This document shows positions 12,901 through 23,400 of a stretch of DNA of 34,125 nucleotides, piece by piece (positions within the stretch are counted from its first letter, which is position 1; each line of letters begins with the position of its first letter). The position numbers were made by a program, and so were the translations under genes. The notes beneath the pieces are model-generated. The model was not told the origin of the DNA, made no database searches, and was given only the letters and a program-made list of their open reading frames with translations. The DNA comes from Catajapyx aquilonaris (taxonomy: Eukaryota), in assembly GCA_000934665.2 (NCBI GenBank), contig JYFJ02001015.1:62001-96125 (forward strand), in the 5' to 3' direction.

Positions 12901-13566
12901 CAAGGGTACAGTGGATACAGCCCTCAGCAAGGGATGGTCCAACAGCAGCAGCCAATGATGGCCCAGAACCAGGGTCAGCCCATGATGTCCCATGCTGGAT
13001 TTGGCCCACAGTCAGGCTTCCCCCAGCAGGGGATGATGGGAATGCAGCGGCAACAAGATCCCACCTCTTACATGGCTCAGCCCATGATGCAGCAGAGGCC
13101 CATGGGGCAGCCTGCTCGCCCGTCTGCATACATGCAAGCTCCTAATGTTACCATGGGTTCAATGGGGCCAATGCCACCACAGCAGCAAGGATATGGAAGA
13201 CCTGTGCAACAGCAGGTACAACAGCAGCAGCAAATGCAAGTGGAAAGTGCACAGCAGCAGTTCCAGCAGGCACGAATCAGACAACAAATGATGGCTATGC
13301 AGCCACCCCAAGGGCATCCACAAGGACATCCGCAGGGGCATCCACAAGGACATCCTCAGGGTCACCCCCAGGGTCACCCGCAGGGTCACCCACAAGGACA
13401 CCCGCAGGGACATCCGCAGGGGATGCCACAACAGGGTCAGGGACAGCAGGGGCAGTCACCAGCACTGGTGACTCATTTGCAGAGGCAGCTGAGTGGAGGG
13501 CAGCAGATGGGTCAACAGATGGGTCAACAAATGGCACAGCAGCACAATCCTTACCATCAGTATTGA
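996..13566 (+). CDS. MED12: Mediator complex subunit 12 (kohtalo), spliced, about 2150 aa
   Basis: N-terminus [48 protein letters not shown] motif (~4697-4714) and Q/P-rich C-terminus are diagnostic. Exons with GT-AG and consistent phase: 996-1085, 1826-1927, 1999-2190, 2480-2639, 3188-3414, 3487-3734, 3792-4061, 4126-4220, 4287-4426, 4664-4913, 5798-5970, 6186-6431, 6486-6636, 6695-6841, 6896-6996, 7079-7208, 7426-7893, 8164-8280, 8349-8423, 8478-8713, 9004-9155, 9330-9597, 9665-9882, 9951-10251, 10315-10499, 10574-10703, 10768-10926, 11397-11639, 11823-11963, 12162-12270, 12334-12463, 12762-13566 (6459 nt, divisible by 3). A few boundaries have in-frame alternatives. Confidence 0.97.
2910..3092. 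mobile_element. PIF/Harbinger-type MITE (family A, copy 1) in MED12 intron 4
   Basis: TIRs AGGTGTGTTTACATGTGAGCGATTTGATC ... GATCAAATTGCTCACATGTAAGCGCACCT; flanks TAA/TGA; internal palindrome; related to 18776..18931. Confidence 0.85.
12592..12711. mobile_element. 120-bp MITE with 22-bp perfect TIR and 3-bp TSD (TAC), Harbinger-like
   Basis: AGGTCCATTCACACAGGCCGTC ... GACGGCCTGTGTGAATGGACCT, with TAC on both sides. Confidence 0.85.
13306..13422 (+). repeat. Coding 12-bp tandem repeat, (PQGH)x9 plus PQG, in the last MED12 exon
   Basis: CCN CAR GGN CAY repeated 9 times, varying only at third codon positions. Confidence 0.95.
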
Positions 13567-14333
13567 CGGGGACAGGATTAAGTGTGTGCCTTAGGCTTGC
13601 CTTGCACATTATGCAGTGTTGCAGTAACGTCAGTAGAACTTCTCCTGAGACAAATTGTGAGTGGCAGCACAGCAGCACTATGTGTGGTACTATTGGATGC
13701 AGTGGTATGTGATGAAAAATGCTAAATTATGTTGACATTTCATGCATCACCCATGCCTTAGTTTCTCTGGCACTTGCAATTTGACTCAGGGAAAGTGGGT
13801 TTTGTCTGCAGCCTTTCATAAGTGTAAATGAGCTTTTTATTACAGCAGGGGAAAAGTTGATCTAGACTATTGCTGTTAGTTAGTTTGAAGTACTGCCAGA
13901 ATGTTTGTATGGATGTGCCACACTTTTGATGTTTTGTAAGGAGGTGTCCTGTGCATGCATGTGATAATTTCATTTCACTTCTACATGAGGTTAATTTCGC
14001 GATGGAAGCATAATATCCCACATTCCACAGTTGTTTTAGTTTCATCACATAATTATATTGCAGTGCTATTTCCTGTTTGGTGGAGTTAGTATTTTAGATT
14101 TTAATTCAGATTATAAAGTTATATTATGCATATTTATCTGCATGAGACATTTTAAAAATGCAATTGTATGTGACAAACCAATTTTGCACCTTAATGGGGC
14201 GTGTGACCATTTGTCAGTACCATCACATTAATTTTAGTTCAAAGAATTTAGCCGCAAGCCTGTAACATATCAAAAAAAAAATCTTGCGTGCAATTGTGAC
14301 ATATATTGTATATACCCTGCTTGAATGTAGCCA

Positions 14334-14339
14334 AATAAA
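14334..14339 (+). terminator. Candidate MED12 polyadenylation signal
   Basis: First AATAAA seen after the stop codon (about 770 nt downstream), followed by TG/T-rich sequence. Confidence 0.45.
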
Positions 14340-15744
14340 TTAATGTGTTGAGTCATACTCGATTGTTTGAAAACAGGTAATATCCATTGTTGGGTGCGAC
14401 TAAAATGTGGATGGCATTGTTCTGAAGATTCTTTCAGAAAGTTCCCCAGTGTGGCAGATGCAGACAGGGCTACTAAGTACAGATATGTATGTAGGTTCAA
14501 GGCATACTACAGTATACTATCTTGATACTATGTATAACAGTCATAATAGTTATATCATGTGTGCATATGTGGAAATGTGTATTCATATGTCGAAGCCCCT
14601 GACTGCAAGAGAGGGGAGATGCACACTCAGGTTCATCTGTCCATGGCAGGAATCTCAGCAGGTACTCTTGGGTATAGGAGTAGCACTTTGAAGCATGGGG
14701 GCCTGAAGAATTTATGCTGATTTGTATGCTAGACCAATTTTGTCCTGGAATGAATAACTAACTGAGGCATGGGAGTTTTTTCTTTTCCTTTTTCTTCTGG
14801 CAACTGCTCAACTGCTGCTCCCAATTCTATTATGTGAAAAGAAAGACCTGTTGAATACACTCCTGCAACTGCATCACAAAAAGTACCCATTTCCTGTCCG
14901 TGCAAATATGTGGCATTCCAGACTCCAGAGGCCTCCCTTATCTCATCAGAATTCTTAACCCACTTAATCTAGTCGGTATTACAAGAAACATCCTGCACAC
15001 TCCTTTGCAACGTACAATATATGCTCTCTTTGTTACTGTTACCTGAACATGCAGAGGATATATATAAATAGGACTGGAGAAGATGTGAAAGTGCACTGAC
15101 ATTGCAACCATTACTGGAGATGGAGAAACCAACATTACTGTTAAAGGTGGGCAGGAATTTCCTGTCAGTCCCTTGCTATTGTTCTTCACGGCCATTGACA
15201 AAGTAAACATGGTAATGGTGCCTGTCACAAGGTGCATGTGTACTAGATATTAACTTAACAACACCAATGAAGCATCCACAGTTGGAATATAAACAGTGAG
15301 GAGTAGGAGACTGGTATGTTTCTTTTTTGCTTATTTACATTGCAATTTATAGCTTGTATGTACACCAGATTTGTTTCATTCAACGCAGTACATCATGATG
15401 ATGTCACTTCTAGCATTAGCTCTTGCTTCTAGCCTGAGATACCCTTACTCAAAAATATTTTGGGTTCTCACCAGGTTCTCATTCATTGGGAAATCCTCTT
15501 GAGAAGAAACCTTCAACAGCTCTTACTGTAGGGACTTGACAAAGTGCCATATATTGCATGTAAACACTGAAATTGTGCTTGCATTTATAAAGAAAATCAC
15601 TTGTCAACGTTTTTTATGCGCACGTTGCAAACGAACATTGTCACGGTTAAAACAAAGGGCAAATGTAAGTTTCTGCCATAGTTCTTGGTATGGTTCTTGG
15701 AGCAACCGCAGTTTTTTACTTTTGAAATGCCCGCTTTGTAAATA

Positions 15745-16320
15745 CGGTCGCCGCCATCTTGAACCGTAATTTCCACTTCCGCTGGAATCGAGCGACATAA
15801 AATAATCCCCTCCCAGTCAAGAACTCATCTCAGCAACCCAACCCCACACCATCCTTCCGAATAATTTTTAATCCTCTCCATTCTACCCACCAAGCCTGTC
15901 CGTCCCTCCCACTTTATTCCAAATCCCTCCATATTTTCAACCGGCTCCCTTCAATTCGGAACCGGCTCATGAGTGATGCGGTTCCAAATCCAAAAATCGC
16001 GTTGAACATATAACCGCTACTTTTCACCCTTCCCATTGTTGCGTTTCTATGATTGCTTGTTGTCATACGCGTACTTTTTTTAAGCTCATGGCAGTATTAT
16101 ACAGTGCTGTACAATGCAATTGGAACTCGAATTGGAACCATTGGAACCACTGGAAGGGAAGGTACATGTAGCTGTTATTTATCAGTAGCTATAATAGCTG
16201 TTGTGAAACTGGACTACTTTCTTCCCCCCCTTCCCCTCCCTCCTCCCTGTTCATTCTCCCCTCTATTTCCCTCCCCCCCCCTCTCCTTGTGGAGTGTATC
16301 CCTCCGCCATCGCATTGAGT
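15745..16320. promoter_or_regulatory. CpG-rich, probably bidirectional promoter upstream of USP9X
   Basis: GCCGCCATCTTG (CAAGATGGCGGC on minus) at 15750-15761; ETS-like ACTTCCG at 15776-15782; CCGCCATC at ~16304; C-rich tracts; CpG retained relative to gene bodies. Confidence 0.6.
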
Positions 16321-16537
16321 AGATTGTCATTGCGGGCTGGTGTTTGGAAGAGGAGCAGCAGCCCCGTACCTGTCCGCCCGCTCTGCCTGCCTTGCCTTGC
16401 CCCCCACACCCTACTGCCCCTTCCCACCCCACGGCTCCCTCGCCCATTGATCCCCTCTCTACCAGCCTGATTATATTAAATAGCTCCGGGGCCTCCCCCA
16501 CCCACGACCACACACACACACACACACACACGAGTTG
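16300..16537 (+). other. Probable non-coding first exon of USP9X
   Basis: GC-rich segment ending in the strong donor TTG|GTGAGT at 16538, followed by G/T-rich intron-like sequence; 5' end approximate. Confidence 0.5.
16509..16531 (+). repeat. (CA)11 microsatellite
   Basis: Read directly from the sequence. Confidence 0.95.
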
Positions 16538-17448
16538 GTGAGTCAGGGCGGGGTGCTGGGCAGACCCAGGGGCCGATGGAATGTCTTTGGTCGAGGGGAG
16601 GGAAGGAGGGGGAGGTAGGCCTGGGTCTCTTTTCTTTTTGTTGTTTTGTTTTGTGGAACACTGGACCGATGGTAGGTGCTGACTCATTGGAGGGGGGGTT
16701 GTGTGCCAGGGTTTTTTGAGATGGGTTTGTTGGCCCTGGGGAGGGCAGCCGCTCAGGAGTGCAGGTGGTTTGGGCCAACAGGGGGGATGTTGCGGTGCTT
16801 GATCAGAATAATGTAAACAGGTTGTGACATTGCCAAATTATTGGGCCGGTTATTGTACAGTGTACCGTTTGCGCATAGTAGAACCATTCACTGTGTTCCG
16901 AGGGTGTGGAATTCATTAAAATTTAGTGCCACGGTTTTTACGCAAGTTTTGCAATTCCCGCAGAGTACGCTGCATGAACCTTGCCCCTGTAATGGACAGA
17001 GCTGGCGGATGATGCATGATGCAAAGTGTGGAGATGACCAGTTTCACGCAAGTCGTCGTTAGCAAAGGAGCCGATTATATTGAAGCCTCGTTACTGGTCA
17101 GTATTGGCAGGATAGGCGTCAGTTACGTTCCCTGAATACATTTTGGGTGAATGTGAACACGGGAAGAAACCTGGGAGTGCTGGCTGCCAGTTAATGAAAT
17201 AATTAGGCAGTTTGGATAGCATTGAGCCTGCAGTCCAGTGTTGCCTCGACCCTAGTGTTCCCTCTCCTCCTCCATTTCAAAGCCCGATTGAGTGGATACA
17301 GTGTGCAAGTGGACGTTTCTGGTCGTTGCAGGCAGTGAGTGATGTGAGAGTCACATGGTTTCAAGAAGCTGCAGAGCCTGTGCCCGGAAAATTGGAGTAG
17401 GAAAAGGAGACAAGTCCCTTTGACCTTACGCAGCCTACCCCAAGAAGT

Positions 17449-20400
17449 ATGACCATAGCCATGCGTGGGGGCCAGGGGCCTCAGCCTGACCAGCCGGAGG
17501 TACCTCCTCCGCAACAGCTACCCCCACCACCTCTTCCAGTGCAGCCTCCTGCCCAGGCAAGTTTCATTATGCATATATACTGCGTAAGACCGAAGCAGGT
17601 TGGCATAGTGGATAAGGCGTCCGACTGCTAATCGGGAGGTCCTGGGTTCGAATCCCGGGGCCGGCAACTCTGACCGTGGTTTTCTGTGGTTTCCCACGGT
17701 CCTTCCAGAAAAATTCCGGAGTTGTTTCCGTAATTAACAGGCCACAGCCGTTTACTTCCGTCCCTATCCCATCCCAAAAAGTGCAGTAAAATGAAAGCAA
17801 AGAGTTCCAGGCAAAAGAAAACTTCCCCCCTAAAGAGCCGGAAAGGGCTGATAATGGGGTATGAATTATTATTATTATTATTATACTGCGTAAGCATAGG
17901 CAGGATGCAAATCTTGATAGTCAGGAGGTTAAGAAGGTTGATGTTGGAAGAGAGAGAGATGTTAGGGGGCAAGGTTTTGTATTACCAGAACCATGTAATT
18001 ATTTATGGCAATTTCGTTTGGAAACATCACTTCCCGGCAATGCTAAATTTCATGGAGTTGATAAACATTGAATGCATGTGACTTGCAGAGGGATTTGACC
18101 TTGTACTTCTGGTCTTGAATTTGAGGTGATGAGTCATCTTTTTTTTAAAAGTCAAGTTCAAGTTGTAGGTTGTTTTGGCATTCTCTCTGAAGGATTTCCT
18201 TGTGAGACTGTTTGAATTTGAGAATTAAAACCAATCTGAAGGAACTTAAGAGTTGTTGGCCACATTCTGAGATTATTCTGCCTTCTGCATTTATTAATTT
18301 GCTCTGTTGGTATTTACAACTGAAGCACTGATTGAAAGAATGCACATCACTCCAGCAGTTGAAAGTGAATAGGAAGGCAAGTAATTGGCTGCTCTTCCTG
18401 CGGTACATGCTGAAAATGAATAAAAAATAAATGGAAACACTCCTTGAACTGCCAGTAGGTATGCATTTTGAGGTAGAATTTGTTACTAGATCAAACGCTA
18501 GAACATGTGAATAACGTGAAAGTGGCCTTCGTTGTATGAGCTCTAATGAAAATGTGCATGGCAATTTCTTTGCCTGTTGTGAAAGATTCTGTGGTTAGCT
18601 TTTTTATACTCGTGCATGTAACAGCCAGGGACTTTTTGTTTAGAACTATGCGTCCGGGATGATACGTTCGCTGCAAATTATGTGACTGGGTTAGACTGAG
18701 AGATCTGGGAAATAGTGATGTGTAATTTCAGTTAATTTAGCACAACAGCATACGTAGAGAAACTTATCAGAGTAAAGCTGCGTTTACATGGGAGCAATTT
18801 GATCAGCCTTGTTGCAGGGATGAGACCAATTGTTTGGAGCGAAAATATATTGTTACTACAATTGTTACTTTCGCCCAGCGATGGCATTGCTGTAACATCG
18901 CTGATCAAATCGCTCACATGTAAACGCGGCTTAATGCAATGAGACTAGCAGGCCTGATGCATTATGGTGTAGATTCGAGAGTCGTAAGTTAACTTCCCCA
19001 TTACGTAAGAAAACTTATCTACACAAATATAAAATCTGCATTGCAGATGTTATTTTTGGTGATGCTCATTGCAGAGGAGGCACCTATGATGTGTGCCTTT
19101 CTAAAACAGACGCAGGGTAGTGTCCCAGTGCCTAAGTGGACATCTCCAACAATGCGGCAGGATCAATTGTGACATGCTTCAGTCATGCTTGCACATTCCA
19201 GACTCATGCACAGGTCAAGAATTTGTGAAGACCAATGAGAATGATCCGGCTGTTGTTACTTTCATCTAGTAATAGTTTTTAATTCCAATTTTTCTATTGG
19301 GGGATTGGAACTATGTGGAAATACACAGGGTGTTCAAAGTTCATGGGTTGTTTTTAGTTACATGAAATTTTGCTTGAAGCTGTTATTGTTTGTAGCTAGT
19401 TGTGCCCCTAAGCAAGTGCCTTATGCTATAACAACTGCTACATTCGACCCCCTGGGAATAATGGGGCACCTAGATCGAGGTCCAACAAGCTCCACTAAAA
19501 TAACTACTACGGGCGATATTAGTGATAACTAAAAATGACCCACGAACTTGAAACACCCTGTACATATTTATATAAATTAATAGGCCATGAGATAATCCAC
19601 TCAAGTCATGCTGATGATGGTTTCTACCCACTCTCCTGACATGGACCACCAATCAGGGTACCAGAATATCATCAGGGGGGATTTCCCTTGAGAAATCTGG
19701 TGCTAGGGAGAATGTGAGACTACATGGATCTGAGAGTAGTTGGGGTGCAGAAATGTGATTGGAATGTAGCTTGAGGAATTTTGGTAGTCAGTAGCTGGAG
19801 GTTCTTGAACTCGCTCTTGTCATGTAAGCATAATGGTGAGATAAAAGAGTTGCTTAGCTTACTGGAGGAAAGCAATTGAAGTGATGTTAGACATTGCAGT
19901 AAAAGTGTTACTAATAATTAGTTGTTGGCAGTTTATTAGGATGTTTATAAATAATTTTCTATTGCTATTTTGTTTTCAATGAAGCAGTGGTAGTAAATAT
20001 GTAAAATCTAATAAAACTGGATTCAGTGGAAACCTACCTGCAGGCAAATTTATGATTGCTCCCAGCAGAGAATTTTAAATATATTTTTAGAGCATTCATT
20101 GAAAACCTGTCCATTATAGGAAAGTTTCTTCAAACAGAGGAACTAGGTACACACATGTTACATTGTAATTGAAAGTTTGTAATGGTCTTATTAATTTGTG
20201 GCCAGTGTAGCACTGGTGTAACACCACTGTAAGCACTGCATAAATTTACTTTGTTGTGAGCTCTGGTGTACACACTGATTGGAGAGTGTAAGGGTTTTAC
20301 GTCACTACGCAGTAACCCTTACACAGCACCAGCTGATAAACGAATAGGCCTACTGAGAGCTTGAGGAAAGAGGTATATGCCATGACAAAACATTATTTTG

Positions 20401-23400
20401 ATTAATTGATTTTTTTAAATATTTGCAGCAACAGGCACCTGAGGATGTGTCTGGGGACCAGGAGGTGGACATGGAGATGGAGCTGGCAGATGAGGCCGAG
20501 CCTGACTTCCCCCACAATGAGCTTGCAAGACTAGATGAAATGATCTCCAATCCTCGTTGGGTGGTGCCCGTTCTTCCCAAAGGACAGCTGGAGATACTCC
20601 TAGATGCATCTATTGAGCTCTGCAGGAAAAGTAAGCATTCACCATTCTAGTGCCCCATAATTTATAAATTGGCCTCCAGTTGGGGAAGGTGGGGGGTAAG
20701 CAGCTGCTGTCATGCTGCCAGCTTTTATCAGTGACTAAATTAGTCGGGAATATTGACATTTTATCTCGGCTGATAGCAGATTTTTTTATGGCATCACTTA
20801 GCGAAAGGGAAGATTTTTGTTCAGCCCGATAGGGTAGTAAGTGTTTGTTTTGAATTTTTTGAAGGTATTGACACACGTAGTGAGGCTTGCCAACGCTTCT
20901 TCCGAGAGGGGCTGACTATTTCATTCACCAAAATCTTGACGGATGAGGCAGTCAACAGCTGGAAGTTTGAGATTCATCGGTGTATTTTGAAGAATTGTGA
21001 AAAGCTGGTAGAGTTGTGTGTAGTCAAGCTTAGCCAGGACTGGTTTCCCTTGCTTGACCTGCTTGCAATGGCCCTCAACCCTAACAACAAGTAAGTAACT
21101 TGTTGCTAACCTCCCTGTCATTGCCATTGCTAATTGTGCCTATTTTGGTACAGGTTTCACACTTTCAATGGGTCCAGACCATCTGAGTCAGTCACCCAGG
21201 GTACGCCTATCCCTGATGAAGATCTCTTTGCGCGACCTCCGGACTCAAGAACACCTAAAGGGTGGCTCGTAGACCTCCTCAATAGGTCAGTTTTGCAGAC
21301 TTTGTCAGCATTCATAGTGGAAGTTTTCAGTAACACTAATTGATGTGAGTTTGTTACTTTTGCAATTTAGGTTTGGAAGCTTGGGTGGATTCCAGATACT
21401 GCTGGAAAGGTTTGAGAGTGGGAAAAACCTCACAGTGCCAGTAATTTATGCCCTTTTGCGGCCCTTTGGGCAATGCTACGAGCTCCTAACTGTACACACC
21501 ATTGTAAAGTACTTCATGCCAATTGTTGTGAGTATCAAAATTTTATTACGTTACACGAGATCTGGATTTGTAAATTTAAATGCAATGTTTACTTGAATCT
21601 TTCATTATTTTTGTTGCAGGGAATAGTCCCAAGTGTTTTGGACAATTTAACAGATGAGGAGCTGAAAAAGGAAGCCAAAAACGAAACCAAGAATGATGCC
21701 ATTTCTGTAATAATAAAAGTATTGAAGTCATTGGTGTACAGGGTGCCGAACCAAGAGGAACGTGTGAAAAGCTTAGAAATGTTCAGGCTGAAGATGATAC
21801 TCAGGTTACTGCAAATCTCCTCCTTCAATGGCAAGATGAACGCCCTGAATGAGATCAACAAGGTGATAGCCAGCGTTTCGTACTACCCGCATAGGCATGG
21901 AACTCTTGAGGAAGAGGAGTGGCTCACCGCAGAGAGGATGGCTGTAAGTCACACACTTGAGGTGTCATGTAATGAGAGCATGTAATAACACGTGCATAAT
22001 AATAATAATAATAATAATTTTTAATTTTAGAATATGAAAAGCAAATATGGTTCTTATTGCATGTTTGAGTAGTACTGGTTTAACCCTTCCGCTACAGCTG
22101 TCCGGAAAATCGGGATAACGAAAAAATCGCAGTACCTCGAGGGTCAAGGTCATGATATCAATGCGTGAATGTCGGAATCATTACTATATGAGTGTCATCT
22201 GACAAGTATTTGCTGTCTTTAAGTTAATTCTTTGGTTATAAAATGTTGACGTGAAAAAGTGCAAAAAATAATAATTGAATTTCGCGCCATTGTGTAGCTC
22301 TCCTAGTGCAGTAAGGCTTATACGAGGGTCGTCCAATAAGTTCTGAGCCTGATATTGAAAGACATGTTTGATGGTCAAAATTTTATTAAGACTTTTTGTC
22401 ATAGTCTCCTTGAACCAGGATGCATTTGTCCCACCGGTGCTTCAACCTCTGTATTCCGTGAAAAAAAATCTTCCTCGACCCCACCCAACCACTCATACAT
22501 TGCACTATTGGCGCAACTGCTTGCTCTGCATCTTGGTTTCAGGAGAATAATGATGGAGCCAGGTCTCAGCTTGTGTTACGTAACGAGCCAAAAAAGTGTC
22601 TGGGTCCCTCCGATACTTCTCCAGTGACGCCTGTGAATGTGTCACACCAAGTTCTTGGTCACACGGATCCACTTCGTTCTAATCAGGCGTCAAGTCGGGG
22701 GGTACCCATCGGGCAAACTGTATATTATCCGTCAGGATTGAATTCACAATACCTCGCGAGATGGCCATCGCCGTGGCTATCTCCCTGACGGTGAGTCGGT
22801 GGTCTGCCATGACCATGTCATGGATGCTGTTGATGTCCCCGCAGTGGTTGCCGTTGCCGGGCGGCCCGAGCGGGGGTCATCTTCCACACTCTCCTGACCC
22901 ATCTTGAAATCACGTGCCCACCTTTTGACAGTGGCACATGAAGGAGCTTCGTCAGATAGTGTTTCCCTCATGTCCTCGTAAATCTGCTTAGGGGTCATCC
23001 CATTTTTCTGGAAGTATTTGGTCACCACTCGCAGCTCAATTTTGTCCATGTCGGAGACTAATCCGCACTTTCACGCCTGCACGTGCCAGTATCTCCTGAT
23101 AGAATGATGCAATTGGGGTGAACCAAGGGGTGAACGTTGGGCGTTGTTGCTTTAGTGAATGTCACTACCTTCAGGTGAAACCACATCATTATCAGCCCAC
23201 GTCATCTACCTTAGGCTCAGAACTTATTGGACGACCTTCGTATATGGAGTGAAAAACTGTTTGTTTGCATGACACACATCCTCTTCTATGCACTTCACAA
23301 GTGTGGCATTTTTTATGTCCAGCAATAAGATGGGTAAAAAAAGAGGCTGAGGTTCGGGTTCCGCTTGACTGCCTCGTGTCTGATTCCATGCAGTGTTGCC

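Noticed and set aside
12545..13678. Long antisense ORFs over the last MED12 exon
   Set aside because: By-product of CAG/CAA-rich low-complexity coding sequence.
14573..14699. Minus-strand H/ACA snoRNA (hairpin-AGATGA-hairpin-ACAttt, 127 nt)
   Set aside because: Pocket-to-box spacing is off, the stems pair at least as well on the + strand, and hairpins are common throughout the locus; not supportable without an Rfam/snoGPS hit.
14885..14949. Hammerhead ribozyme (CTGATGAG on the minus strand)
   Set aside because: No stem II closed by GAAA and no stem I/III geometry.
15392..15440. C/D box snoRNA (ATGATGA...CTGA with ATC/GAT ends)
   Set aside because: Only ~49 nt, no C'/D' boxes, no recognised rRNA complementarity, and not in a known + strand intron.
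16053..17514. ORFs in the promoter / 5' UTR region
   Set aside because: Low-complexity translations of GC-rich, microsatellite-containing sequence with no recognisable protein motifs.
17595..17666. Genuine tRNA-Ser(GCT) gene
   Set aside because: Followed by a SINE body, (ATT)n tail and TSD, has a second dispersed copy, and lacks the Ser variable arm.
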